Positions 9,085 to 19,645 of a stretch of DNA of 64,000 nucleotides are shown piece by piece. The stretch is from Alphaproteobacteria bacterium (lineage in GTDB: Bacteria > Pseudomonadota > Alphaproteobacteria > SP197). The position numbers and the translations under genes were made by a program. Under the pieces are notes generated by a model that was given only the letters and a program-made list of their open reading frames with translations, was not told the origin of the DNA and ran no database searches. The DNA lies in NCBI GenBank assembly GCA_965228895.1, contig OZ245842.1, positions 5,440,001 through 5,504,000 of the forward strand, read 5' to 3'. The stretch's first letter is position 1; each line of letters begins with the position of its first letter.

Positions 9085-9936
9085 ATGGCTGTCTTAACCG
9101 CAGAAGGAACCGCCGGTGCCACGCAGCGGCGGCGTCCTTTCGATATCTCCAACACCACGCTGGCCGTTGCCGCGGCTTGCGTGCTGGCCTTCCTCTATGT
9201 GCCCATCGCCACCTTGATGGTGTTCAGCTTCAACGCCAATCCGGTCACCAAATTACCGCTGACCGAGTTCACCTTTGCTTGGTACGAAAAGGCGCTCAAC
9301 AATCCCGACCTGATGACAGCGGTTTGGAACAGTGTCGTTGTCGGATTGTCTGCGGTCTGTATCTGCATCGCTATTGGCGTGCCGACGGCGCTGGCGCTCG
9401 ATCGCTATAACTTCCCCGGCAAGACAATCTTCCGGCGCCTGGTCATCCTGCCGATCACGCTTCCCGGCCTGATCACCGGCGTTTCGATGCTGACCATGTT
9501 CAGAACGGCCGGCATCGAGCTCAGCCTTGTCACCGTCATCATCGGGCACGGTACGGCGCTGACGGCGATCGTCGTCACCAATGTCTTTGCGCGGCTGCAG
9601 CGCTTTGACCGCAGGATCGAAGAGGCATCGGCGGATCTGGGCGCGCGGCCCTGGCAGACCTTCCGCTATGTGACCCTGCCCAACATCAAATCGGCCCTGA
9701 TTGGCTCGTCGCTTATCTCGTTCACGCTGTCGTTTGATGAGATCCCGGTGACCTTTTTCCTGACCGGTCGCGACAACACCTTGCCGATGTATATCTGGTC
9801 GGTCATCCGGCGTGGGATCACACCGGAGATCAACGCCATTGGCACGATCATTGTCGGTGTCTCCATCATCTTGATCCTGTTTTCCGTCTTCATCATGCAT
9901 GAGGACAACCAGCGCGCGGGGCCGGTCCAGAAGTAG
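9085..9936 (+). CDS. Polyamine ABC transporter permease (PotC family)
   Basis: FLYVP..FSFN, EEASADLGA, SFDE, TPEINA motifs. Confidence 0.9.
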   Translation: MAVLTAEGTAGATQRRRPFDISNTTLAVAAACVLAFLYVPIATLMVFSFNANPVTKLPLTEFTFAWYEKALNNPDLMTAVWNSVVVGLSAVCICIAIGVPTALALDRYNFPGKTIFRRLVILPITLPGLITGVSMLTMFRTAGIELSLVTVIIGHGTALTAIVVTNVFARLQRFDRRIEEASADLGARPWQTFRYVTLPNIKSALIGSSLISFTLSFDEIPVTFFLTGRDNTLPMYIWSVIRRGITPEINAIGTIIVGVSIILILFSVFIMHEDNQRAGPVQK

Positions 9937-9999
9937 GCGGTTGCCTGAACCCGGGCCGCCGTGGTCTAAGCGATCGTCTTCTGTTGATCGGGGTTCGGG

Positions 10000-11607
10000 A
10001 TGGCGGACAATCAAGGCAACGGTGACGGCGCTCTCGATTTAGTCATTGTCGGCGCCGGTTTTGCCGGCCTCTACATGCTGCACCTGGCGCGTGGCCTTGG
10101 ACTGAAGGCGCGTGTGCTTGAGGCTGGCGACGGCGTCGGCGGCACATGGTACTGGAACCGCTATCCCGGCGCGCGCTGCGATGTCGAGAGCATGGAGTAC
10201 TCCTATCAATTCTGTCCGGAGCTGGAACAGGAATGGGAGTGGTCGGAACGCTACGCACCGCAGCCGGAGATCCTGCGCTACGCCAATCACGTTGCCGACC
10301 GGTTTGACCTGCGCGACGATATCCAGTTCGAGACTCGGGTCACAGCCGCGACCTTCGACGACCGCTCGGGAACATGGGCCGTCGAGACCGATGATAGCGG
10401 CACGCTCGAAACCCGGTTCGTGGTCATGGCGACAGGCTGCCTGTCGTCCGCCAATACGCCGGCGATCAAGGGTCTCGACGACTTCAAAGGTCCGATCTAC
10501 CACACCGGTACCTGGCCCCACGACGACATCGATTTCACCGGGCTTCGTGTCGGCGTGATCGGCACGGGGTCTTCGGCCATCCAGTCGATCCCCATCATCG
10601 CCGAGCAGGCGGATGAGCTGTTCGTTTTTCAGCGCACGCCAAACTATGCGGTACCGGCGCAAAATCACCCGCTGGATCCCGCCTACCAACGCGACGTGAA
10701 GGCCCACTATGGCGAACTTCGCGCCCGTGCGCGCCAGACAAAGAACGGCGTCGATACGCGTCCCAACGATGTCTCCGCGCTGGCGGTCGGCGATGACGAA
10801 CGCCGGGCCGAATATGAGGCACGCTGGGAATATGGCGGTCTGCCTTTCATGGCTGCCTTCAACGACCTCCTGATCAGGCAAGACGCGAACGATACGGCAC
10901 GCGAATTTTTGTGCGGCAAGATCCACGAGATTGTCGACGACCCGGCGGTCGCAGCGCTGCTGTCGCCCACCAATGTCGTCGGCTGCAAACGTCTGTGCGT
11001 CGATACCGGCTACTACGCGACCTATAACCGCGACAACGTGACTCTGGTCGATGTGTCGGAGTCGCCGGTCGAGCAGATTACACCGGACGGTCTGATCGTC
11101 GGCAATCGCTCATACGCGCTCGATGTCATTGTCATGGCAACCGGCTTCGACGCCATGACGGGCGCGCTTTTGAAGGTGGCGATCCAGGGCCGCGATGGTG
11201 AGCGCCTGCAGGACAAGTGGGCCGCTGGCCCGCGCACCTATCTGGGCCTGATGTCGGCGGGTTTCCCCAACCTCTTCATGGTCACCGGGCCCGGCAGCCC
11301 GTCAGTGCTGACCAACATGCTGCCGTCGATCGAGCAGCATGTGGAGTGGATCGCCGGTTGCCTCGGTTATCTGGCCGAACACGGTCACGACCGGATCGAG
11401 CCGACGCCGGATGCTGAGAACGACTGGGTCGACCACGTCAACGATCTGGCCGACCACACGCTCTATCCGACCTGCAACTCGTGGTATCTGGGCGCGAACG
11501 TCCCCGGAAAACCGCGCGTCTTCATGCCGCACATCGGTTATCCGACCTATGTCCGCCATTGCGAGCAGGTCGTCGCCAAGGGCTACGAGGGTTTCGCATT
11601 GGGTTGA
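10000..11607 (+). CDS. Baeyer-Villiger monooxygenase (cyclohexanone monooxygenase family)
   Basis: GAGFAG, GGTWYWNRYPGARCD, FKGPIYHTGTW fingerprint, GTGSS, ATGF. Confidence 0.95.
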   Translation: MADNQGNGDGALDLVIVGAGFAGLYMLHLARGLGLKARVLEAGDGVGGTWYWNRYPGARCDVESMEYSYQFCPELEQEWEWSERYAPQPEILRYANHVADRFDLRDDIQFETRVTAATFDDRSGTWAVETDDSGTLETRFVVMATGCLSSANTPAIKGLDDFKGPIYHTGTWPHDDIDFTGLRVGVIGTGSSAIQSIPIIAEQADELFVFQRTPNYAVPAQNHPLDPAYQRDVKAHYGELRARARQTKNGVDTRPNDVSALAVGDDERRAEYEARWEYGGLPFMAAFNDLLIRQDANDTAREFLCGKIHEIVDDPAVAALLSPTNVVGCKRLCVDTGYYATYNRDNVTLVDVSESPVEQITPDGLIVGNRSYALDVIVMATGFDAMTGALLKVAIQGRDGERLQDKWAAGPRTYLGLMSAGFPNLFMVTGPGSPSVLTNMLPSIEQHVEWIAGCLGYLAEHGHDRIEPTPDAENDWVDHVNDLADHTLYPTCNSWYLGANVPGKPRVFMPHIGYPTYVRHCEQVVAKGYEGFALG

Positions 11608-11670
11608 GACCGGGTAGCCCGGTTCGTTAGATAATTGTTCAGGCTATGGTGGGTTTGGGGAGGAGCAGAG

Positions 11671-12966
11671 ATGACGCGCCACTACCTCGACCCAGCGCCG
11701 CGCAGCTATTCGTCCGCCGTCATGCTTTTGCGCCGGGGGGAACTGAAGCCGGACGACCCTGCGCGGCTCGGTAAACCGGACCTCGAGACGTGGCTTCTGA
11801 ACGACGCGGCTGACGAAACCGACCTCCTGGAACTGTTCCAGGCCTTTGCCTGGCGCATGGTCGCAGCGGGCCTACCGGTTCAACGGGTCGGCCTGAGTAT
11901 CGGCACACTCCATCCCCAACTCGTCGGTTATTCGTGGAACTGGAACAGCGATGACGGGTACTGCGATGAGCTGGAGGTCGAGGAGCGTGTTCTGACGACC
12001 GATGCCTATCGGCTTAACCCCATTTTCCAAGTCATCGAACATGGCGAACCGTTCCGTTCGCGCACGGATTTGGCTGATGGCGCGCAGCAGTCACCGCTGA
12101 TGACGGAGCTCGCCGAGCAAGGCATTGTGGAGTACGCCGCCTTGCCGCTACCCGCCGGCAGCAACGTCCACAATGCGGTGACCATCGCGACCAAACAGCC
12201 GGGTGGGTTTTCCGATGCTCAGTTCGCTGACATCAACCACTACCTCCGCCTGCTCGCGCTTCATGTCCAAAAGCACATCGCGCTCCGTATCTCGGAGAAC
12301 ATCGTCACGACCTATCTCGGTGCGGCCGCTGGCGATCAGGTGTTGCGCGGCTCGATCAAGCGCGGATCGGGTCAGCCGATCGATGCCATCATCTGGGCCT
12401 CGGACATGCGGGGATTCACGGATCTGGCGGCACAGCTGACGGAGCGGGACATGATCGCGGTGCTCGACGCCTATTTCGACCGGCTGGCAGGCTCGGTGAT
12501 GACCCATGGCGGCGAGGTCTTGAAGTTCATCGGCGATGGCCTGTTGGCCGTCTTTCCTTTTTCGCGCTTCGGCAGCGAACACGATGCCGCCACCGCCGCC
12601 ATCACCGCCGCGCAAGACGCACTTTGCGTACTCGATCAGCTGAACAAGGATGAGAGCCAATTGTCCGACATCGACGGTTGGCGGCCGCTGCGCACGGGTA
12701 TTGCTCTGCATCGCGGTGAGGTCTTTTTTGGCAATGTCGGCGCGCCGGAACGTCTCGATTTCACGGTGATCGGTCGTGCGGTCAACGCGGTCAGCCGGGT
12801 CGAGGGTCTGTGCAAGCCGCTTGGCCGCCCTATTCTAATCACACAGCCCGTCGCCGATCTGCTCAGTCTGCCGTTGGACGATTTGGGTGAACACACGCTG
12901 CGCGGATTTACCGAACCGGTTTCGATCTATGCGCCGCAGGGCGGTCCCTCCAATCCAGGAACTTGA
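11671..12966 (+). CDS. Class III adenylate cyclase with N-terminal GAF-like domain
   Basis: SDMRGFT, KFIGDG, DFTVIGRAVNAVSR (K/D pair indicates ATP specificity). AGGAG RBS before ATG 11671. Confidence 0.9.
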   Translation: MTRHYLDPAPRSYSSAVMLLRRGELKPDDPARLGKPDLETWLLNDAADETDLLELFQAFAWRMVAAGLPVQRVGLSIGTLHPQLVGYSWNWNSDDGYCDELEVEERVLTTDAYRLNPIFQVIEHGEPFRSRTDLADGAQQSPLMTELAEQGIVEYAALPLPAGSNVHNAVTIATKQPGGFSDAQFADINHYLRLLALHVQKHIALRISENIVTTYLGAAAGDQVLRGSIKRGSGQPIDAIIWASDMRGFTDLAAQLTERDMIAVLDAYFDRLAGSVMTHGGEVLKFIGDGLLAVFPFSRFGSEHDAATAAITAAQDALCVLDQLNKDESQLSDIDGWRPLRTGIALHRGEVFFGNVGAPERLDFTVIGRAVNAVSRVEGLCKPLGRPILITQPVADLLSLPLDDLGEHTLRGFTEPVSIYAPQGGPSNPGT

Positions 12967-12967
12967 T

Positions 12968-12991
12968 GCGGCGCGCGTGTCCTCGCGCCGC
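12968..12991. terminator. Hairpin between convergent genes
   Basis: GCGGCGCG-N8-CGCGCCGC between the cyclase and GS stop codons. Confidence 0.4.
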
Positions 12992-12996
12992 GCCTG

Positions 12997-14331
12997 TCAG
13001 CTCATCTCGTAATAGCGGCGCAGCTCGAGATCCGTGACTGTCTCGCGGAACACCGAACACTCGTAACGCGCGAGGTCGATCAGGTTGTCGACAAACGCGG
13101 CCGGCAGGATCTCGCGAATGGCCGGTGTGGTGTCGGCGAGATCGGCCGCCTCTTCGAGGGTACGCGGCACGTGGTCGAGGCCTTGGACATGATAGGCGTT
13201 GCCGTCGACGGGCGCGGGAAGACGCATTTTTTTGTCGACGCCGCGCATGCCGGCGCCGAACAGCACGGCGAAAGCGGTATAGGGATTGAGGTCGGCGCCG
13301 CCGATACGATGTTCCAGCCGCGTCTTGCCGGCGCCGGTGTTGATGACACGCAATCCAGAGGTCCTGTTGTCGATACTCCAGCAGCGGGTGACGCCGGCGA
13401 AACTGTCGTCCTGAAAACGTTTGTAGGAATTGACAAAGGGCGCAATGAACAGCGTGGTCTCACAAAGAAGGTCAAGCTGACCGGCGATGAAGCGGCGGAA
13501 CCACGGCGTCAGGTTGTCCTTGGACCCCGCATCATAACACAGCGACTTGCCGGTCTTGGCGTCGCTGAAGCTTTGATGGATATGGCCGGAATTGCCGGAG
13601 AAGTCCTGATGCCACTTGGCCATGAAGGTCGCGGAGAGGCCGGCCTCCGCTGCGATCTGTTTCACCGCCGTCTTGAACAGCATGACCTGGTCGGCCATGG
13701 CGAGCGCGTCGGTAGCCGCCAGGTTGATCTCGAACTGGCCCTGGCCCCATTCTGGCGTGCAGCCCTCGACGATAGCCTCGAAGCATTCGCGAATCCGCGC
13801 GACAACGGGTTCGTGGAAACTGCCTTCGTAAATCGAATAGCAGTGGATGTCCTGGGATGCCGGGCCGAGGCCGGAGAAGTCGCCGCGCCTGACATCGGCG
13901 ATCGGCTTGGGCATCAAATAGAACTCAAACTCCAGCGCGACACGTTCGGCGATGTTCCGTTTTCGCATCGCCGCGATCTGGCGCTTCAGTTCGCTGCGCG
14001 GGCAATAGGGGCAGGGACTGCCGTCGGGCCAGACCCAGTCGATCAGTACGATGGCGGTGTTCGGTTCCCACGGCGCTATCTGCAGGGTCGTGAGGTCGGG
14101 CACGCCTTTGACGTCCGGCACGCCGGTGCCCAGCATGTCCGGTAGGACGTCGTCGACGGTGGTTGTGCGCATGATGAACCAGGCAAAGGTCAGGCCCGAT
14201 TCAAGTGCCGTCTGGAAATAGGGTACGGTCAAACGTTTGCCACGCAAGACGCCCATCGGATCGGTGCCCGCAGCAATGACCGTGCGGATACCGTTCTCTT
14301 CCAAGAACGCTTTGATGTGCTGTCGTTTCAT
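12997..14331 (-). CDS. GS-like gamma-glutamyl-amine ligase (PuuA/GlnA3-like)
   Basis: GVLRGK, LEFEF, EWGQGQFE, SGHIHQS, NSYKR, DNRT, RLEHR. Confidence 0.9.
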   Translation of the reverse strand: MKRQHIKAFLEENGIRTVIAAGTDPMGVLRGKRLTVPYFQTALESGLTFAWFIMRTTTVDDVLPDMLGTGVPDVKGVPDLTTLQIAPWEPNTAIVLIDWVWPDGSPCPYCPRSELKRQIAAMRKRNIAERVALEFEFYLMPKPIADVRRGDFSGLGPASQDIHCYSIYEGSFHEPVVARIRECFEAIVEGCTPEWGQGQFEINLAATDALAMADQVMLFKTAVKQIAAEAGLSATFMAKWHQDFSGNSGHIHQSFSDAKTGKSLCYDAGSKDNLTPWFRRFIAGQLDLLCETTLFIAPFVNSYKRFQDDSFAGVTRCWSIDNRTSGLRVINTGAGKTRLEHRIGGADLNPYTAFAVLFGAGMRGVDKKMRLPAPVDGNAYHVQGLDHVPRTLEEAADLADTTPAIREILPAAFVDNLIDLARYECSVFRETVTDLELRRYYEMS

Positions 14332-14407
14332 GGTGCCGCCCGTCTCGTCTTATGCCCGGGATTGATCCCGGCGCCCCTCATCTGTCATCGGCCATGGGCG
14401 GCGTGAC

Positions 14408-14554
14408 GTCAAGCCGGCGCGTGGCGCTTTGTTTGCCCCTTAGCGGCTCCGGCCCGCTCCCCCACCCGGCCACCCCAAGTATCCTCGCAGGGTGGCCGGG
14501 TGGGGGAGCGGGCCGGCTATGGCCGGCTTGCTGTGTCAAGCCGGCGCGTGGCGC
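14408..14554. repeat. Palindromic element family 2 (perfect 27-bp inverted repeat) flanked by a 20-bp direct repeat
   Basis: Arms at 14449-14475 and 14490-14516. Direct repeat GTCAAGCCGGCGCGTGGCGC at 14408-14427 and 14535-14554. Confidence 0.9.
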
Positions 14555-15762
14555 AAGGACGGCGTGCGGGTCAAGCCAATCAGGAAGCCGATAATCAGCA
14601 AGTTGGCGACGTTGAACGCGGTCCCGGCCAGGAAGGCCGAGGTGTAGCTGCCCGTCATGTCATAGCCGAAGCCGCCCAGCCAGCCGCCGATCGCCATGCC
14701 GAAGGTGCCGAACATAACGACGATGCCGGTGTAGCGCCCCGCGCGCCGCTCCGGCAGATATTCGCGCACGATGACGGGATAACACGGGCCGATGCCGCCA
14801 TAGCCGAAGCCGAACATGGCCGCGACGACGTAGAAACCCATCAGGCCCTGCGTGAACGGCAGGATGGTCAGCATGACGACCTGTATCACCGAGAACAGGA
14901 AGAGCGCCTTCAAAGCGCCAAAGCGGCTAATCAGCAAGCCGGCAAAGACCGCGCGGGCAACGAAGCTGGCCAGCAGCATGACCGAGAGTAGTGTCGCCGC
15001 CTGCATCGGCGCGATACCGACATCGGTGGCATGGACCTTCAGATGCGCCAAGGGCAGCGACATGGCGATACAGCAACCGATGATGGCACAACACAGCAGC
15101 GCAAGCAGGCTGTTGGGCCTGAGACGATAAATCGTGGCGCTGCGTCCCGGCGCGGCCGAGCCGCCGGAAACGGTGTGGTGGTCGACCGGCGGTGGGCTTC
15201 GTTTCAGGATGAGGCTGAGCGGCACCATGACCAGGATGGTTGCGATGCCGTAGTAGATATAGGTCGCCCGCCAACCGATCTCGGTCAGACCCAGTTCGAA
15301 GATCGGCGGCCACAGGAACCCGGCCAGACTCTGGCCACTGGCGACCAGACCGACGGCCATGCCGCGGTTGCGGTCGAACCATCGGGTGATGTTGGCCATT
15401 AACGGTGCGAACATGGCGGCCGTGCCCAAAAGGCCGATCATCACACCGTAGATGGCCCACAACTCCCAGCGGCTTGAGATCATGCCGGTGAGAATGGCGC
15501 CGGAACCGATCATGACGGCGCCGAGCAGCGCGGGTTTTCCCATGCCGGCGCGATCGAGCCACCAGCCCATGGCGATGCAGCCCAGCCCGCCGCCGACAAA
15601 CTGTAGCGCATAAGCGGTCGAGGGCACACCACGTGGCCAGTCGAAGCTGTCGGCAATATCCGCCATGGCGACGATGATCAGGAACATCGCGCCGTTGGCC
15701 ATCAGCAGCATCAGGATCGACGCGGCGAGCACATACCAACGATAACGGCGGGGATCAGACAT
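14536..15762 (-). CDS. MFS transporter (OFA/MCT-like)
   Basis: About 12 hydrophobic segments, GWWLDRAG, WFDRNRGMA, IGWR. Confidence 0.9.
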   Translation of the reverse strand: MSDPRRYRWYVLAASILMLLMANGAMFLIIVAMADIADSFDWPRGVPSTAYALQFVGGGLGCIAMGWWLDRAGMGKPALLGAVMIGSGAILTGMISSRWELWAIYGVMIGLLGTAAMFAPLMANITRWFDRNRGMAVGLVASGQSLAGFLWPPIFELGLTEIGWRATYIYYGIATILVMVPLSLILKRSPPPVDHHTVSGGSAAPGRSATIYRLRPNSLLALLCCAIIGCCIAMSLPLAHLKVHATDVGIAPMQAATLLSVMLLASFVARAVFAGLLISRFGALKALFLFSVIQVVMLTILPFTQGLMGFYVVAAMFGFGYGGIGPCYPVIVREYLPERRAGRYTGIVVMFGTFGMAIGGWLGGFGYDMTGSYTSAFLAGTAFNVANLLIIGFLIGLTRTPSLRHAPA

Positions 15763-15846
15763 TCACAGGACCGGCGGGTTAGGCACGCAGCCTACTCCCT
15801 CAATTCGCGCCGGCCAAACACGAACTGCGGTGGAATTGACGCGATC

Positions 15847-16995
15847 ATGGTAACGTCAGGACAAGCGCTGGAACCAAGCTGGCGGAGCAGGGACGTGGCA
15901 ACGACAGGCGTAACGGCCGGCATGATCGGTCACGGCGAATACAACCGCAACTCCGCACCGCAGATGGCGGCCATCGCCCATGTCATGCCCTGGCTTGATG
16001 ACGCGCTTGCCGCCCTGCCGTTGGGTGACTCGTTGCCGGCCATCAGCCTGGCCGATTTCGGCTGTTCGGAAGGGCGTAACTCTATTGCCGTCATGGAACA
16101 CGGCGTAACGACACTACGCACCCGCACGCCGCGATCCATCCAGACGATCCATAGTGATTTGCCGACCAACGACTATGCCGCGTTGCTGACCGGTCTGCGG
16201 CCTGGCGGGCGTTCCGTATTCGGCGATGACGCGGTCTCTTCCGCTGTTGTCGGCGGCTCCATGTACGATCGGCTGCTACCGCCGTGTTCCCTGCACCTGG
16301 CGATGACATTCAACGCGATTGCGTTCTTTAGCCGACGCCCGCTCGATCGTCTGCCCGGTTACATTGTCGCGAACGGCCCCAGTGATCTGGGCAGTGGGGC
16401 CGGCTGGGTGACAGACGAGGAGCATGCAGCGTTAGCCGCACAATCGCGACGGGATCTCGAGGCGTTCTTGAACGCGCGTGCGGTCGAGCTGATCCCGGGC
16501 GGCAAACTCCTGCTGCAGGTATTCGGCACCGGGCCGACACACGCAACGTGTGACGGTTTCGCGGATGCGTTGAACGATGCGCTGCTGGAGATGGTGGACG
16601 ACAATCTGATCGATCGCGATCACTACGAGATCTACTATCATCCCACTTACTTTCGCACACTCGACGAGCTGACCGCGCCGCTAACGGATGCGCGATCACC
16701 ATGTGCCCAACTCTTCGCACTGGAACGAGCCGAGACCTATGAGATCCCGGTGTCGTTCGTCGAGACGTTTAGGAATACCGGCGATGCCGACCGGTTTGCC
16801 GACGAGTTCACGGCGTTCTTCCGTGTTTTTAGTGAGTCGCCGCTAAGGCTTTGCTTGGCGGGGCTAGCGAATCTCGACGACCTCATCGACGACATCTATG
16901 CCCGTGCGAAACGTCTCATCCGCGACGATCGCCGCCGCCACGACTATCATTTCATTGCGTTGGCGGCGTTGCTGACGCGGCGCGAGAACCCGTAG
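15847..16995 (+). CDS. SABATH-family (Methyltransf_7) SAM-dependent carboxyl methyltransferase
   Basis: M.G.G.Y..NS..Q, ADFGCSEGRNS, SDLPTND, GSMYDRLLP, FLNARAVEL.PGG. True start may be slightly downstream. Confidence 0.85.
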   Translation: MVTSGQALEPSWRSRDVATTGVTAGMIGHGEYNRNSAPQMAAIAHVMPWLDDALAALPLGDSLPAISLADFGCSEGRNSIAVMEHGVTTLRTRTPRSIQTIHSDLPTNDYAALLTGLRPGGRSVFGDDAVSSAVVGGSMYDRLLPPCSLHLAMTFNAIAFFSRRPLDRLPGYIVANGPSDLGSGAGWVTDEEHAALAAQSRRDLEAFLNARAVELIPGGKLLLQVFGTGPTHATCDGFADALNDALLEMVDDNLIDRDHYEIYYHPTYFRTLDELTAPLTDARSPCAQLFALERAETYEIPVSFVETFRNTGDADRFADEFTAFFRVFSESPLRLCLAGLANLDDLIDDIYARAKRLIRDDRRRHDYHFIALAALLTRRENP

Positions 16996-17013
16996 GTAAG
17001 CCGCCGACCGCCC

Positions 17014-18693
17014 TCAGGCCGCACGATAGGGCCGGTAGACGGGTTTCCAGATCTTACCGTTGATCTTGGCCTCAAGCTCATCGGCACTCGATTCGGGCGC
17101 ATGGCCCTGTTCCTGAGCTTCGCGCGCCACGGCGACCGCGATGTCGCGGCTGACCTTTTGGATGTCTTCCAGGTGCGCCAGCAGCGAGCCGTTGGGATCG
17201 GACATGATCGGCGCGTCGGCGGCCAGCGCTTCGGCGGCGGCCATCATCATCTCGTTGCTGATCCGTTTGGCGCCACTGGCCAAAACGCCGAGGCCAAGAC
17301 CCGGGAAGACATAGACGTTGTTCGACTGGGCGATTTCGTAGGTCTTGCCCTTGTGATCGACCGGATCGAACGGGCTGCCGGTCGCCACCAATGCTTTGCC
17401 GTCGGTCCACTTGATGATGTCTTCGGGCGCTGCCTCGGTGCGCGACGTCGGGTTGGACATAGGGAAGACAATAGGCCGTTCGGTGTACTTCGCCATCTTT
17501 CGGATGATCGATTCCGTGAACGTATTGGGCTGGCCGCTGACACCGATCAGCACGGTCGGTTTGGCATTGTCGATGACATCTTCCAGCGAGATCGTCTCGC
17601 CCTCAGATGCCCAGCCGGCGACCTTGTCTTTCGGTTGTACCAGCGGCTTCTGAATATCCAACAGGCCGGTCATGCCGTCATGCAGGAGGCCCTGGCGGTC
17701 GACCATGAAAAAGCGCTCGGCTGCTTCCTTCTCCGACAGACCGTTGCGCACCATGCCGCGATGGATCTGCTGGGCGATGCCGCAGCCGGCGGAACCGGCG
17801 CCCAGAAAGGCGACACGCATGTCCGTGACCTTTGACCCGGCCGCCTGAACAGCCGCAAGCAAGGTGCCATAGGCGACCGCCGCGGTGCCTTGAATATCGT
17901 CGTTAAAGGTCAGCAGGCGGTCGCGGTAACGCTCCAGGATCGGCGCGGCATGCTGCTGCGCGAAATCCTCCCATTGCAGCAGGACCTTGGGATAGCGCGC
18001 CTCGATGCTCTGCACGAACAGGTCGACGAAGTCGTCATAGTCCTGGCCGCTGATGCGTTCGTTGCGCCAACCGATGTAAAGCGGGTCGTTCAGGCGCTCC
18101 TCGTTGTTGGTGCCGACGTCGAGCACGATCGGCAACGTGGTTGCCGGGTCGATGCCGCCGCAGGCCGTATAGAGCGACAGCTTGCCGATCGGGATGCCCA
18201 AACCGCCGGCGCCCTGGTCGCCCAAGCCCAGAATACGCTCACCATCGGTGACGACGATCGCCTCGACGTTGTCGAGTGGGGCGTTCTCCATGATCTTGTG
18301 CATGACGTTGCGCCGCGGATAGGGCACGAACAAGCCGCGCGGGCGCCGGTAGATCTCGCTGAAGCGCTGACACGCCTGACCGACCGTCGGCGTATAGACC
18401 AGGGGCAGCATTTCGGTGATGTAGCGGCCGATCAGCGCATAGAACAGCGTCTCGTTGGTGTCTTGAAGTTGGCGCAGGTAGATGTGCTTGCCCATCGGCG
18501 TGTTCTTGGTGCCGACGGCTTGGTAGGCGCGCTGGATCTGACTTTCGAGATCTTCGATGTGTGGCGGCAGCAGGCCGAACAGACCGAGCTCGTCACGCTC
18601 TTCATAGGTAAACGCGGTCGCCTTGTTCAGCAGCGGGTTATGAAGCAGTGCGCTTCCGCGCCGCTTTACATCAATCGCACCGGACCCCGACAT
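17014..18693 (-). CDS. maeA: NAD-dependent malic enzyme
   Basis: [42 protein letters not shown]. Confidence 0.95.
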   Translation of the reverse strand: MSGSGAIDVKRRGSALLHNPLLNKATAFTYEERDELGLFGLLPPHIEDLESQIQRAYQAVGTKNTPMGKHIYLRQLQDTNETLFYALIGRYITEMLPLVYTPTVGQACQRFSEIYRRPRGLFVPYPRRNVMHKIMENAPLDNVEAIVVTDGERILGLGDQGAGGLGIPIGKLSLYTACGGIDPATTLPIVLDVGTNNEERLNDPLYIGWRNERISGQDYDDFVDLFVQSIEARYPKVLLQWEDFAQQHAAPILERYRDRLLTFNDDIQGTAAVAYGTLLAAVQAAGSKVTDMRVAFLGAGSAGCGIAQQIHRGMVRNGLSEKEAAERFFMVDRQGLLHDGMTGLLDIQKPLVQPKDKVAGWASEGETISLEDVIDNAKPTVLIGVSGQPNTFTESIIRKMAKYTERPIVFPMSNPTSRTEAAPEDIIKWTDGKALVATGSPFDPVDHKGKTYEIAQSNNVYVFPGLGLGVLASGAKRISNEMMMAAAEALAADAPIMSDPNGSLLAHLEDIQKVSRDIAVAVAREAQEQGHAPESSADELEAKINGKIWKPVYRPYRAA

Positions 18694-18796
18694 ACTCTAC
18701 CTCCCGACGGTTCGCATCAGTTTGACCCGAAATGACATTCACAGCCACCTTTGCCCATGACATAGTTCGATAACAGTCGTTTTGACGGAGGCTGTC

Positions 18797-19645
18797 ATGG
18801 ACGTCACGACGCTGACAGGTGCGCTGGGAGCGCGGGTCGACGGTGTCGATCTGGCCAAACCCATGGACGACCGTTTGTTCAAAGCCGTGCAGCAGGCCTT
18901 CGGCGACCATCTGGTTCTGTTGTTCCCCAATCAATCTCTGTCGCCCGCCGAACAGGTTGCCTTTACCTCACGGTTTGGGGCCGTCGAGCCTCATCCGCTG
19001 CGGTCGCGCCGCGGGGCCGAAGGATTCCCAGAGGTCCTGGTGATCGAGAACCAGCCGGGCAAACCCGGCGCGCGCAACGATGAATGGCACAGCGATATCA
19101 CGTGTTCGGAGAAACCGCCGGCGCTCTCGGTCCTGCAGGCGCTGACGGTGACCGAAGGGCGCGGCGCCACCATGTTCTGCAACATGTACCGGGCCTACGA
19201 AACGTTGTCGGACGGCATGCGCGCCATGCTTGACCGGCTCAACGCGCTTCACAGCGCTGAATCCCTGGTCGCGCGCAACAACGAGCCGGGCACCGACGCG
19301 CTGCCGATCCTTAAGACGCCGCCACCGGCCAGCCATCCCGTGGTGCGCCGCCATCCGGTAACGGGACGTCGCGCCCTGTTCGTCAACCCCAGCTTCACCA
19401 TAGCGTTCGAGGGCATGAGCCGGGAGGAAAGCGCGCCGCTTCTGGCCTTCCTCTACGACCATGCGACCCGGCCGGAGAACGTGTTCCGTCATGCCTGGAG
19501 CCAGGGCGACGTTTTGATGTGGGATAACCGCTGTGCCATGCATTATGGGGTTCACGACTACGACGAGACCATGCCGCGGCTGATGCACCGCACGACCGCG
19601 GCGGGTGATCGTCCGGTCTTCGCTGAGGCTCAGGCCGTCGCCTGA
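18797..19645 (+). CDS. TauD/TfdA family Fe(II)/2OG dioxygenase
   Basis: LGARVDGVDL, WHSD, HPVVRRHP, WDNRCAMH, MHRTT. GGAGG RBS. Confidence 0.92.
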   Translation: MDVTTLTGALGARVDGVDLAKPMDDRLFKAVQQAFGDHLVLLFPNQSLSPAEQVAFTSRFGAVEPHPLRSRRGAEGFPEVLVIENQPGKPGARNDEWHSDITCSEKPPALSVLQALTVTEGRGATMFCNMYRAYETLSDGMRAMLDRLNALHSAESLVARNNEPGTDALPILKTPPPASHPVVRRHPVTGRRALFVNPSFTIAFEGMSREESAPLLAFLYDHATRPENVFRHAWSQGDVLMWDNRCAMHYGVHDYDETMPRLMHRTTAAGDRPVFAEAQAVA

